From the NCBI GenBank assembly GCA_963666215.2, contig CAXWPL010000005.1, positions 256,001 to 320,000 on the forward strand: a stretch of 64,000 nt of DNA. Reading direction: 5' to 3'. Under the pieces are notes generated by a model, which was given only the letters and a program-made list of their open reading frames with translations, had not been told where the DNA came from and ran no database searches. Positions 10,581 through 20,867 of this stretch are shown in pieces. The DNA is from Acidobacteriota bacterium (GTDB lineage: Bacteria; Acidobacteriota; UBA890; WLXD01). The translations under genes and the position numbers were made by a program. Within the stretch, counting starts at the first letter, position 1, and each line of letters starts with the position of its first letter.

Positions 10581-10595
10581 GCAAAATCCGTGCCG
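10581..10595 (-). promoter_or_regulatory. Putative sigma-54 (-24/-12) promoter of the TBDR gene
   Basis: Minus strand CGGCACGGATTTTGC has GG-N10-GC spacing and is close to the TGGCACG-N4-TTGC consensus; about 130 bp upstream of the ATG. Confidence 0.65.
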
Positions 10596-10796
10596 CCCGA
10601 ATGACTTCTGGCCGGTCCCCACAAGCACTTGAAAACAAAGTGTTTAACGGCATCACGGCGGCCTTCGTACGCGGCCGCTGATTCAAGCGTACGTAGCGAC
10701 AATCCAACCAATTGGATCGCGTACCAAAATCGTGATCAGCGGAACGGCCGATCGCTCGATCGATAGCGGTGCCAGACGACGATTCCGAGCTCCCCC

Positions 10797-13071
10797 CTAA
10801 CTCTCCCCGAGCTGCCTCAGCAGCGCCGTTGCCTGGTCGAAATCGGGGTCGGCCTGCAGGGCGCGGCGCAGAGCGGCCACCGCCGAATCCCGACGCTGCA
10901 GCCGCAAGAGCACCAGTGCGTGGTTGAAATGGACGCGGGCGTCGGTGGGCTCGAGTTGCCCGGCGCGCTCCAGGGCGTCGCCCGCCGCCGACATCTCGCC
11001 CACCGCCGCGAGCGCCGTTCCGAGTTCGGCCCAGGCCGTGCCGTCGCCGGGCTCGAGCTCGGTCAGTCGACGCAGCTTGACGATGGCCGGCTGTGGTTGC
11101 CGGCGCAGCAGGTAGAGGTTGGCCATGTTGCGCATGAGCTGGGCATGGTCGGGGGCCATCGCTTCGCCGCGCAGGTAGGCGTCGAGGGCGGCGTCGAGAT
11201 CGCCCTGGGCGTGGAGCAGGTAGCCGAGCTCCATCGGGAAGGTGCTGACGTCCGGTAGGAGATTGATGGCCTCTCGCAGCAACTCGACCGCTCGCGCCGG
11301 CTCGTCGACCTTGCGATACGCGGTGGCCAGCTGCAGGTAGGTGAAGCTGTACGACGGATTGAGTTGCAGCGAGGCCTCGAGCTCCTCGATCGCTTCTTCG
11401 ACCCGGTCCTGCGCGAGGAATGCCCTCCCCAGGTAGTAACGAACGATGAAGTGATTGGGGGCCAGCTCGTCGAGCTCCAGGAGCGCTTCCTCGGCTTCCG
11501 ACCAGCGTTCGTTGGCAACGAGCTCCACGGCATCATCGATGCCATCGTTGAAGCCCTCGAAGACGGCGATGCGGTCCTTCGGATTTATCTTGCGAAGCTC
11601 CGGATCGAGCGCCGCACCAGCTCCGCCGCCGGTACCGCCGAGGTAGCCGAGTGCGCGCAGGCGCTCGAGCGTCTCGGCGTCGAGCGGCCGCTGGCCCGCG
11701 GCGTAGTCGGAAGGATCGTCGTCGCCAATCAGCTGCGCCAACTCGGCCGCCATTGCGGCGGCACGCTCGTGGGCGACGCCGTTATCCGGAAAAAGGTCCG
11801 CGACCTCACCGGCGTCGCGCCGTATTTCGTAGAGCTCCGGCCGGGGCGCTTCGATGTACTTGAAGCGGCCCTCGCTGTCGCGCAACGATCGGAGCTCGCT
11901 CCAGCCGAAGTGCAGCAGTGGCACCAAGCTCTCGGAGTACGCCGGGTGACCGGGCCGGTCGGGGCTGGCGATCAGCGGCCGCAGGTCGTGCCCGTCGAGC
12001 GGGCCCATCGAGCGGGCCCATCGAGCTGGTCAGGTCCGCGACGGGCTCAGGGAGTGCCAGCAATCCGAGCGCGGTCGGAAGAACGTCAACAAGACTCGCT
12101 TGACCGCTGACCTCGACTGCCGCCGGTATCGCGCCAGGCTGCCAGAGAATCAGCGGCACGCGCGTGGTGCTGTCGTAAATCAGGAAGGTGTGCCACTCCT
12201 CGTCGTGATCACCCAATCCCTCGCCGTGATCGGAGGTGACGATCACCAGAGTGTCGTCGCGGTGACCGGAGGCCCGCAGGCGCGCGAGGAGATCGCCGAC
12301 GAGCGCGTCGGTGTAGGCCACCTCGCCGTCGTAGGGTCGGCCCAAGTAGCGCGACGCATACGGCTCGGGCGGCTCGTAGGGTGTGTGGGGCTCGTACAAA
12401 TGAACCCAGGCGAAGAATGGCTCTGTCGCTGACGGTCCGCTGGCGCCAATCCACTCCATCGCTTCGTCGATGACGGCCGTTCCCGGGCGGTGGATGTCGG
12501 AAAGAAGATTCGAGTCAGCACCGCGCTCCAGGGAATCGAAGCTGGTGTAGGTATCGAATCCCTGCCCGATGCCGAAACGTGCATCGAGAACGAACGACGA
12601 AACAAAGCCGCCGGTGCGGTAGCCGCTCGCGCTCAGTATCTCGGCGAGGGTCACCGCGCCCGACCCCAGCGTGAACGTGCCGTTGTCGCGCACGCCGTTG
12701 TGGAAGGGGTACAGCCCTGTGAGCAAGGCGCTGTGCGACGGCAACGTGATCGGCACCGCGCTCGCGACCTGTTCGAAGCGCACGCCCTCGGCGGCGAGCT
12801 GATCGAGGACGGGCGTTTCCACGTTGGTCGCGCCGTAGGACCCCAGACGATCGGCGCGCAGAGTATCGAGCGTCACCAACAACAGGTTGGGACCGGCCCG
12901 CAGGTTGGCTCCCTCCTGCAATGGCCCCGCCGTGGCCGTGTTGAGACCGATCGTCAGCAGGACAACTCCGAGCACCCACAGCGGCGGCACTCGGCGACCC
13001 ACGGGCTCACGCTCTCGCGGCCGCGGCCATGCCGGCTCGGCGAAGCGATGCAGGCCGGCACGCGGTTTCAC
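10797..13071 (-). pseudogene. Sulfatase-like hydrolase/transferase with C-terminal TPR, split by a 13-bp tandem duplication
   Basis: The N-terminal part has LLLVTLDTLRADRL, TLPSH, WVHLYEPH and SDHGE. ORF 10797..12008 supplies the rest of the domain (LRALGYL) and the TPRs. GTG start at 13071 overlaps the upstream stop. Intact paralogue at 18528..20825. Confidence 0.85.
11995..12026. repeat. 13-bp tandem duplication (TCGAGCGGGCCCA)x2 plus TCGAGC
   Basis: Read directly from the sequence; it coincides with the frameshift. Confidence 0.9.
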
Positions 13072-14630
13072 GAACAAACCTCGGCGGGTGCCTTGAGCGC
13101 GGACCAAACGAGCGGACCGAGTGTGTGCCCGGCGGCCCGGGCCCTTCCGAGCGCCGCACGCGCCTGCTCCTCGCGGCCGGCTTGCAACGACGCCAGCACC
13201 CATTCGCGGTGCAACTCGGCATCGTCGCGGCCGGCGGCGGCCGCCGCCTCCAGAGTCTCGATCGCCGCCTCGAAATCGCCCGCACGGCGGAGCAACGCGC
13301 CAAGCCCGAGCAGCGATCCGGGGTCGGTGGGGTCATGTCCCAGCGCCTGCAGATAGGCGGCGCGGGCGCGTTCAGGGTCGTCCACCTGCTTGCGGTTGTA
13401 GTCGCCGAGCTCGCGCTGCTCGGCTGCGTCGGTAAGGCGCTTGAACATCCGCAGGTGATCCTGGCCCAGCGCGTCGCCACCACGGATCAGGATCGTGCCG
13501 AGCACGAAGTACGCTTTCACACTCCTGGGATCGGCACCCAGAATGGCCCGCGCAGCGGCGCTCGCCTCGTCTCCACGTCCCAACTGCATCAGCAATACGG
13601 CCCGCAGCTCCGCCGCGCTCTGGCGCGACGGCGCCCGATCGTCGCCGTCCGTCGCACTCGCAACGGCGAACTCCCGGAGGTCGTTGGCCGCCTGCTCGAC
13701 CTCGGCGAGCGCCACTTCGCGCTCGCCGCGCCCCGCGAGGATCTCGGCCACCTGCAAGCGGGCGACGCCGTGGTTCGGGGAGCGCCGCAAGATCTCTCGG
13801 TACTCGACCAGCGCCTCATCCTCTTGCCGCTGAATCCGCAGCTCGCTGGCCAGCGCCACGCGCGCTGGAACGAAGGCTGGCGACAGCTCCAGTGCCGCTC
13901 TGTACGCCACGATCGCGGCCTCCGCGTCGCCCAAGGCAGCATGCGCGCCGCCGAGACGTAACCACAGCGCGGGCTGATCGGGGCTCCGCTGTATCGCCAC
14001 CTCAACCTGTTCGGCGGCAAGCGCTGGGTCGGAAAGCTGCATCGCGATGACCCCGAGACGGACCACTGGCGCTCCCCAGCCGGGCGAGGCCTCGGCAAGT
14101 TCGGCGAACCATTCGCGGGCGCGGTCGATGTAGCCGCCGCGGTAACAGACCTCGGCGCGGTAGTAGTCGATCGGTGGATCGTCCGAACGGCTCGCTCCAG
14201 CAGCCTCCAGCGCTGCGGCCGCCTCGGTCAGCCTCCCGACCTCGAGGTAGGCCTGGCCCAAGAGGAACTCCACGGGCCCAGGCTCGCTGGTGGCGTCGCG
14301 GGCGAACTCAAGGTGGATCAACGCCTCGTCGAGCTCGCGGGCGGCGAAGAGCGCACGCCCGAAGTGGTACCGACCCACGGGATCCGCGGGGCTCAGGCGC
14401 ACCGCGACTCGCAGTTCCTCAACCGCCTCGTCGACCCGATTCGCCTCGAGCAACTCGATACCGCGCTGCACCAGCGCGGAAGTTGATGTTTGAGCCGCCG
14501 ACGACAGCGGCAGGGACACCACGAGCGTGAGCCCGGAGACGACGATCACCAGCACCAGCACCCGCGACCAGCTCCAGCGCACCGATCCGAAGGCGCGCGC
14601 ACCCTCCCACCAACAAGACCGGCGGCTCAC
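13068..14630 (-). CDS. Exported tetratricopeptide repeat protein
   Basis: Hydrophobic signal region followed by many TPR-like repeats; overlaps both neighbours by 4 bp. Confidence 0.85.
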   Translation of the reverse strand: MSRRSCWWEGARAFGSVRWSWSRVLVLVIVVSGLTLVVSLPLSSAAQTSTSALVQRGIELLEANRVDEAVEELRVAVRLSPADPVGRYHFGRALFAARELDEALIHLEFARDATSEPGPVEFLLGQAYLEVGRLTEAAAALEAAGASRSDDPPIDYYRAEVCYRGGYIDRAREWFAELAEASPGWGAPVVRLGVIAMQLSDPALAAEQVEVAIQRSPDQPALWLRLGGAHAALGDAEAAIVAYRAALELSPAFVPARVALASELRIQRQEDEALVEYREILRRSPNHGVARLQVAEILAGRGEREVALAEVEQAANDLREFAVASATDGDDRAPSRQSAAELRAVLLMQLGRGDEASAAARAILGADPRSVKAYFVLGTILIRGGDALGQDHLRMFKRLTDAAEQRELGDYNRKQVDDPERARAAYLQALGHDPTDPGSLLGLGALLRRAGDFEAAIETLEAAAAAGRDDAELHREWVLASLQAGREEQARAALGRARAAGHTLGPLVWSALKAPAEVCS

Positions 14631-16432
14631 GGCGCCCTCCTGGCGACAACGCCGTACAGCTCGTCCACGATCAGGCTGCCGGGCTCGACGTCGACGAGCT
14701 CGGTCACCGCGCCACCGGGCCAGACAATCTGCAAGGCATCGGCCCGACCCGAGGGCAGAAACACCAGCAACCGCCGGTCGCTGGCGCCCAGGTAGCCGTC
14801 GGAGGTGTGCAGCTCGACATGCTGCGTTGTCGACCCCGAGCGAACCGTGACGCGCGCGCCGTAAGCGGAGCGATTGCCGCTGCGACCTACCAGCGTCAAC
14901 CGCAGGGGCGCCGCCGCCATGTCGCCGTCGTTACGCAGCAGAACGGGCGGCTCGTTGAGATTGGTGACCAACAGGTCGATGTCCGCATCGTTGTCGTAGT
15001 CGCCGGCGAACGCCGAGCGCGATGGCGCACGAGCCTGCATCCCGGTCGCCTGAGAGAGCTCTTCAGGCGCACCCTCGCCAATCTCTTCGAACGTGGCGAC
15101 TCCGGTTTCGCGCAGCCGATTGAAAAATAAGTGGTTGCGCTGTGCATACGACTCGACGGGGTCGAGTTGCGGGTAGATATGTCCGTTGGCCACGAAGAGG
15201 TCCTGGTCGGCGTCGCCGTCGATGTCGATGAACAGAGCCGCCCAGCCCATGTAGGGGTGACTGACACGAGCCAAGCCGGAGGCCTCGCTGCTTTCGTCGA
15301 ACACGCAGCCACCCAGATTGCGGTAGAGCGAGTTGTTGTCGTTCTGGAAGTTGCTGACGAACAGGTCGAAGCGACCGTCGCCGTCGTAGTCGGCCGATGC
15401 CGCGCTCATGCCCGCCTGCTCGCGCCCATCGCCGCTGTAACCGGCGCCTGAGAACAGGGCCTCATCAACCGGCTGGCCACCCTCATCGCGGCGATACAAC
15501 TGGTTGATCATCGAGTCGTTGGCGACGTAAATCTCGGCGTCACCGTCGGCGTCGCAGTCGCTCGCCACCAGCGCGAAGCTGTAGGTCGCCTCGGGATCGA
15601 TCAGAGCGACGTCGGCCCTCACGAAGCCTTTCTCGGTGCCCGCGTGCTCGAGACGGTTGAGGTACAGCAGATCAACCTGCCCGGCCAGCCCTTCGGGCCC
15701 GCAGAAGACCTCCTCGCCGCGGTAGGTACAAAGGCGGTCCCCCAAGGTCGGGGTATTGAGAGGATCGAAATCGATGTACCGAGTGACGTAGAGGTCGAGC
15801 GCACCATCGCCGTCCCAATCGGTGAAAGCGGCACTCGCCCCCCAGCCTTCGTCTTCAACGCCGAGCCGCCAGGGGTCGAAGCTGCCGTCGCCGTTGTTGC
15901 GATAAAGGCGGTCAGTGCCGATCGCCGTGACGAACAGCTCGGGATAACCATCGCTGTCGACATCGGCCGTTGCCGCGCCGTTGCCCCAAGCCTGATCGCC
16001 CGCGCCGCCGCCCTCGGGTACGGGCACAAAGCTTCCACGGTGGCTGCGGAACAGCCTGTGACCGACGTCGCCGGGAGGTTGGCGCAGCGCCGCGATCGTA
16101 GCCGCAACGGGATTGTCGACCGGCCCGTCGAGACCGTTGACGAGAAACAGGTCGAGCCAACCGTCCATGTCGTAGTCGATCCAGGCCCCGCCGGATCCGC
16201 CGAATTCGGTGATGTAGCCCTTCTGCGGACTCCCGTAGCGGTGCTGGAGCGAGATGCCGGAGTCGTCGGAGCCGACGGCGACCAGTTGCGCCGTGTCCTC
16301 GGCGTGTGAGCGGCCCACGGCCAAGGTCGCGGCAATGGCGACGAGCAGCGGAGCGCAGAGGGCTCGCGCGACAAGATCGCGCAGATCGCGAACATACGGC
16401 GGCGCTGGCGCCGCCTCGGAAAGCCGCGTCAT
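14627..16432 (-). CDS. CRTAC1 family protein (FG-GAP/VCBS repeats plus ASPIC/UnbV domain)
   Basis: Repeated DxDxDGxxDL motifs (DYDMDGWLDL, DWDGDGALDL, DYDGDGRFDL) and C-terminal NRSAYGARVTV...GYLGASD. Confidence 0.92.
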   Translation of the reverse strand: MTRLSEAAPAPPYVRDLRDLVARALCAPLLVAIAATLAVGRSHAEDTAQLVAVGSDDSGISLQHRYGSPQKGYITEFGGSGGAWIDYDMDGWLDLFLVNGLDGPVDNPVAATIAALRQPPGDVGHRLFRSHRGSFVPVPEGGGAGDQAWGNGAATADVDSDGYPELFVTAIGTDRLYRNNGDGSFDPWRLGVEDEGWGASAAFTDWDGDGALDLYVTRYIDFDPLNTPTLGDRLCTYRGEEVFCGPEGLAGQVDLLYLNRLEHAGTEKGFVRADVALIDPEATYSFALVASDCDADGDAEIYVANDSMINQLYRRDEGGQPVDEALFSGAGYSGDGREQAGMSAASADYDGDGRFDLFVSNFQNDNNSLYRNLGGCVFDESSEASGLARVSHPYMGWAALFIDIDGDADQDLFVANGHIYPQLDPVESYAQRNHLFFNRLRETGVATFEEIGEGAPEELSQATGMQARAPSRSAFAGDYDNDADIDLLVTNLNEPPVLLRNDGDMAAAPLRLTLVGRSGNRSAYGARVTVRSGSTTQHVELHTSDGYLGASDRRLLVFLPSGRADALQIVWPGGAVTELVDVEPGSLIVDELYGVVARRAP

Positions 16433-18423
16433 CCAGCGCGCTCCGACGCCAGCGGCGCCGACGAGCTCGTCAGTCGCAGACGAGCTTCGAACTGGCTTCC
16501 CTTGCTGACGGCGGCGACCGACGAATCGCTGCCGCTCAGCGCCTGTTCAACGATCTCGCGCAGCGCTGCGGCGCGTTGATCGACCGGACGCAACCGCAGG
16601 ATCTTCTGCAGCACCTCCTGCGCAGCGACCCAGCGCTCACCTTCCACGTAGAGCTCCGCCAGCGCCAGGTGTGCGTCGGCGTCGCCCGGCCGGCCTCGGA
16701 CGACTGCGCGGCGCTCAGAAACGCGCTCGTCGAACTCGCTCAGCTTCTCGAAGCGGGCCATCTCGGCCTGGGCTTCATCATCGCGGCCAAGGCCGCGCAG
16801 TGACCGCCCCAGATTGAAGTGTGCGTTGGAGCGATACGGTTGCATCTCGATGATCCTCGTGAGTCTCGCGGCAGCATCACCATAGAGCTCCTCGCGCAAA
16901 TCGAGTAGCGCGAGCTCGTAGCTGGCGCCCACATGATCTGGAGACTGGGCCATCAGCGCGTCGAGCGCCTGACGGGCCTCCACGGGCCGCGCCAACTGGC
17001 TGCGCAATCGACCGGCCTCGAGCAGGAGGTCCGGGTCGGCGGGACTCATCGTCAAGAGACGCTCGATTTGTTGCGAAGCTTGCTCGAGCCTGGCCGAGTT
17101 GATGTAGACCTCAGCAAGCGCGCGGCGCGCTCCGGCGTCGTCCGTCTGCTCGGCAACCAGCTGCTCATAGATCGCCATTGCCTCGTCCGACTGAGGACTG
17201 TAGGCCGCCAGCAACGCCGCGCGAGCCATTCGGAGTGTGCGATCGCCCGGCGACAATTCGACCCCCCGCTCCAGAACGTCATGGGCCTCCTCGACACGCC
17301 CTTCCCCTTCGAGAACACGCGCCAGCAACAGCCGCGACGCAAGATCGTCGGGAGTGGCCTGGAGAGTCTCGTCGAGCAGAGCCTCTGCGGCAGGCCAGTC
17401 TTGTAGGCCGACGGCGACGAGTGCCAGGTTGTAGCGCGCCACACCGTTGGAAGGATCGAGCGTCAGCACACGTCGGAGGGTATCGCCAGCCTCGTTGAAC
17501 TGACTCGAGCGGCCCTGCGCTACGCCGAGCGCAAGTAGAACCTGGGGATCATCGGGCCAGTCTCTCTGGAGCTGGCGCAACAGGTCTACCGCCACGCTTT
17601 CGCCGCCGGTCCCGAGGGCGAGGTTGGCCAGCGCGAGCGGCGCCAGGCGAACCGTCGGATTGATCGCGATCGCGCGCTGGTAGGTCGCCGCGGCGCCGGT
17701 CACATCGCCCGCCGCCTGCAGCGCGCGGGCGAAGTAGAAGTTGGCGCCGTAGTGGTCGGGGTCGAGCTGCAGCGCCTCCTGCAGAGCGAGCTGCGCGGCC
17801 TCCGGATTGTTGCGTGCCATCTCCACCTGGCCGAGCCCGAACGGGCCGGCGGGCAAGTCCGGGAAGCCCACCTTGAGCGTGGCATACGTCTGGCTCGCAC
17901 CCTGGAGGTCGTTGCCTCCAAGCTGCGCGCGGCCGAGCTGCACGAGGGCTCGGAAATCGTTCGGCCGGGCGTCGAGCGCGCCGCGAAACTCGCGCATCGC
18001 GGCCACGAAGTCGCCCGTGCGCATGCCTTCGACGCCGGCCATCATGTGGCCTGCATACACCGGATCGCGTATCTGGCCCGCGGCCTGCTGGCCGTGGGCG
18101 ACGTTGACAGATGCCGCCACCCAGCTCAACAGGCACACCAGAATCGCGATTCTCCCAGGCGCGCCCAGAACCGCCAGGCACTCCAGGCGTTGCAAAAAAC
18201 GGGCGCAGCTGGCGTTGCACCGCGGGCGTGAGATTCGGTGGTAACTGGGTAACAAGACGATACTCGCCCGGATCGGAGACAATGGGGACGGGCGAGCATG
18301 CGCGATTGACCGCGGCGGAACGCCGTCACTACCATGGCCGATCGCTCCCGCAGCGCTTACCCGACAAGACTGAAGTGTAACCCGTGCTGGTGGCCGATTT
18401 CGCGGCGGTGCATTCGTCGTCAC
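16429..18423 (-). CDS. Exported tetratricopeptide repeat protein
   Basis: Many TPR-like repeats. The signal-like segment IAILVCLLSWVAASVNVAHG suggests the true start is well downstream of 18423. Confidence 0.85.
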   Translation of the reverse strand: MTTNAPPRNRPPARVTLQSCRVSAAGAIGHGSDGVPPRSIAHARPSPLSPIRASIVLLPSYHRISRPRCNASCARFLQRLECLAVLGAPGRIAILVCLLSWVAASVNVAHGQQAAGQIRDPVYAGHMMAGVEGMRTGDFVAAMREFRGALDARPNDFRALVQLGRAQLGGNDLQGASQTYATLKVGFPDLPAGPFGLGQVEMARNNPEAAQLALQEALQLDPDHYGANFYFARALQAAGDVTGAAATYQRAIAINPTVRLAPLALANLALGTGGESVAVDLLRQLQRDWPDDPQVLLALGVAQGRSSQFNEAGDTLRRVLTLDPSNGVARYNLALVAVGLQDWPAAEALLDETLQATPDDLASRLLLARVLEGEGRVEEAHDVLERGVELSPGDRTLRMARAALLAAYSPQSDEAMAIYEQLVAEQTDDAGARRALAEVYINSARLEQASQQIERLLTMSPADPDLLLEAGRLRSQLARPVEARQALDALMAQSPDHVGASYELALLDLREELYGDAAARLTRIIEMQPYRSNAHFNLGRSLRGLGRDDEAQAEMARFEKLSEFDERVSERRAVVRGRPGDADAHLALAELYVEGERWVAAQEVLQKILRLRPVDQRAAALREIVEQALSGSDSSVAAVSKGSQFEARLRLTSSSAPLASERAG

Positions 18424-18527
18424 GGTCTCCGGAGCCCGAGGCCCAGCGTTTCAAGTTGAACGATCCGGTAACGATTCGTCAACGCGTCCGCGCCGATCCC
18501 CGTAGAGGAGAACGCGTCATCGGAAAC

Positions 18528-20825
18528 GTGCGTCGTGGGGTCGTGGCGACCATCTTCGTGGCCACCGCTGCGGTTACGGCCTGCGGCGCGCCCGCCCGCT
18601 ATCCACGCGCCAACGTGCTGTTGATCACCCTCGACACTCTCCGTGCCGACCGGCTCGGTGCCTACGGGTACAAGGCAGCCGCCACCCCGGCGCTCGACAG
18701 CCTCGCCGCCGACGGCGTGCTGTTCGAGCGCGCCATCGCTCCGGTACCGCTGACTCTCCCTTCGCACACGTCGATCATGACGTCTCGCTTCCCGCCCCAG
18801 CACGGCGTGCGAGACAACGGAGCCTTCGACATCGCCCAAGACGCCGCCTTCGTGGCCGAGGTCTTCCGCAACGCCGGCTACGACACGGGAGCTTTCGTCG
18901 GCGCCTACGTGTTGCACTCGCGCTGGGGACTGGAGCCCGGCTTCGATACCTACAGCGACAATTTCGAATACGGCGACGCCAGCCAGGTTGCCGGACAGGT
19001 CGAGCGCCGCGGCGACCGTGTGCTGGAAGCCGCTATCCCATGGCTTTCGCGACGACGCGATGTGGACCAGCCGTTCTTCGCCTGGGTGCACCTGTACGAC
19101 CCGCACACCCCCTACAGCGCCCCTGAGCCCTTCGCCAGTCGCCACACCGACCCCTACGACGCGGAGGTGGCGTTCACCGATTCGCTCGTAGGCCAGCTTC
19201 TCGAGACTCTCGAGCGGACACGAAACGCAACCAACACCATCGTTCTCGTGACCGCAGACCACGGGGAAGGGCTCGGCGATCACGACGAGCCCGGACACGG
19301 CCTCTTTGTGTACGACACGACGCAGCGTGTACCCATGTTGCTGCGGCTCCCCGACCAGCGTGAGGCTGGGCGACGTGTGCAGGTTCAGGTGCCGAATCGC
19401 GACGTCGCACCCACGCTCCTGGAAGCGGCCGAAATCGCGATACCGGCAGCGTTCCATGGAACGAGCATGATGTCGCTCGTCGACGGAAGTAGCAGCAGCG
19501 GAGGTGACGGCAACGACGGGCCGCGGGTGGCCTACTCCGAAACCTATTTTCCACGCTTCCATTTCGGCTGGCAGGAGCTGTTCGCGCTCCACGCCGATGG
19601 CATGAAGCTGATTCTCGCGCCGCGCGTCGAGCTCTACGATCTCGAGAGTGATCCTGGCGAGCGGCGCAACTTGGCGCTGCAACAACCGGCCGTGGTTGCG
19701 CGAATGACGGAGGAGCTCGAGGCGATCATTGGCGACGCCGAAGCTGCTAGGCCGGGCCAGCTGGACGGCGACGCCGCACAGCGCTTGCGGGCCCTTGGGT
19801 ACATTGGAGGCGGAGTCGGAGGCAGCGAAGCCAATCCCGATGCCGGCCCCCTCCCCGATCCCAAAGACAAGCTGCCGCTGTTCCGCGACCTGACGCAGGC
19901 GCAGGGGTTTCTTCAGAGGGGCGAAGCCGAACGGGCGGTGGAGCAACTCAGGCGCGTCATCGCCGAGGACGACGGCGTCGTCGACGCGCACTTCACGCTC
20001 GGCAACGCGCTGTTCAAGCTGCGCCGCTACGACGAGGCGGAGGTGGCGTTCCGAGCGACCATGGCGTTGAGTCCAGAGTACGACTTGGCGCTCTCCAACC
20101 TCGGGCTCACGCACCTGCAGCAGGGCCGCCGGGAGCAGGCCCGGCAAGACTTCGAGGCCCTCCTGGCTCTGAATCCGGACAGCAGCTCGGCGAACTATCA
20201 GCTCGGCGATCTGGCGCTGCAGGACGGGCGTGCGGATGACGCGCTGCGCTACTTCGAGGCCGGGCTGCGAGGCAACAGTGCACTTCCGGCACTGCATTTC
20301 GGCGTCGGAGTGGCGCGACTGCAAACCGGCAACACGACCGGAGCGAGGGAGGCGCTGGAACGAGCCGCGGAGTTGGCTCCCACGCACCCGGAGGTGCACT
20401 ACTACCGGGCGCAGTTGGCGGAGGCCCGCGGCGACCTGGCGGCTGCCAGAGCGCTCTATCGCCGCCAGGTCGAGGTCAATCCGGCGCACCACCGCTCGCT
20501 GTTCAACCTGTCGCAGTCGGTCGCTCGCGACGGCAACCACGCCGAGGCCGCTGACCTGCTACGCGCGGCAGTGCGGGCGAATGGCGATTTCGCGGCTGGG
20601 TATCTGTATCTTGGACGTTCGCTGCTGGCGCTCGACGATGTGGCGCTGCTGGGTGAGGCCGAGGAAGCGGCGCGCCGCGGGCTGGCGCTCAACCCGCCCG
20701 CCGAGCTCCGCCCTCTTGGACACTACCTTCTCGCAGATATCTACACTCGTCGCGGCGATGGGCAGGCGGCGCAACGCGAGCTCGGCCGCGCTCGCGCGGC
20801 GGAAGCGGCGAGCGAACAAAGATGA
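18528..20825 (+). CDS. Sulfatase-like hydrolase/transferase with C-terminal TPR, possible lipoprotein
   Basis: NVLLITLDTLRADRL, TLPSH, WVHLYDPH, ADHGE, LRALGY and TPRs; lipobox-like VTAC. Start approximate. Confidence 0.9.
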   Translation: MRRGVVATIFVATAAVTACGAPARYPRANVLLITLDTLRADRLGAYGYKAAATPALDSLAADGVLFERAIAPVPLTLPSHTSIMTSRFPPQHGVRDNGAFDIAQDAAFVAEVFRNAGYDTGAFVGAYVLHSRWGLEPGFDTYSDNFEYGDASQVAGQVERRGDRVLEAAIPWLSRRRDVDQPFFAWVHLYDPHTPYSAPEPFASRHTDPYDAEVAFTDSLVGQLLETLERTRNATNTIVLVTADHGEGLGDHDEPGHGLFVYDTTQRVPMLLRLPDQREAGRRVQVQVPNRDVAPTLLEAAEIAIPAAFHGTSMMSLVDGSSSSGGDGNDGPRVAYSETYFPRFHFGWQELFALHADGMKLILAPRVELYDLESDPGERRNLALQQPAVVARMTEELEAIIGDAEAARPGQLDGDAAQRLRALGYIGGGVGGSEANPDAGPLPDPKDKLPLFRDLTQAQGFLQRGEAERAVEQLRRVIAEDDGVVDAHFTLGNALFKLRRYDEAEVAFRATMALSPEYDLALSNLGLTHLQQGRREQARQDFEALLALNPDSSSANYQLGDLALQDGRADDALRYFEAGLRGNSALPALHFGVGVARLQTGNTTGAREALERAAELAPTHPEVHYYRAQLAEARGDLAAARALYRRQVEVNPAHHRSLFNLSQSVARDGNHAEAADLLRAAVRANGDFAAGYLYLGRSLLALDDVALLGEAEEAARRGLALNPPAELRPLGHYLLADIYTRRGDGQAAQRELGRARAAEAASEQR

Positions 20826-20867
20826 CGATGAGCTCCACGCCATCGGGTGGACCAGGTCGCTAGCGCA

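Noticed and set aside
14900-16200. Recurring GTCGCCGTCG-like motifs as a possible repeat array
   Set aside because: They encode the DxDGD FG-GAP repeats of the CRTAC1 protein; no CRISPR-like periodicity.
18420-20540. 706-aa minus-strand ORF
   Set aside because: Antisense shadow of the sulfatase-like-TPR gene with no motifs; expected in GC-rich DNA.
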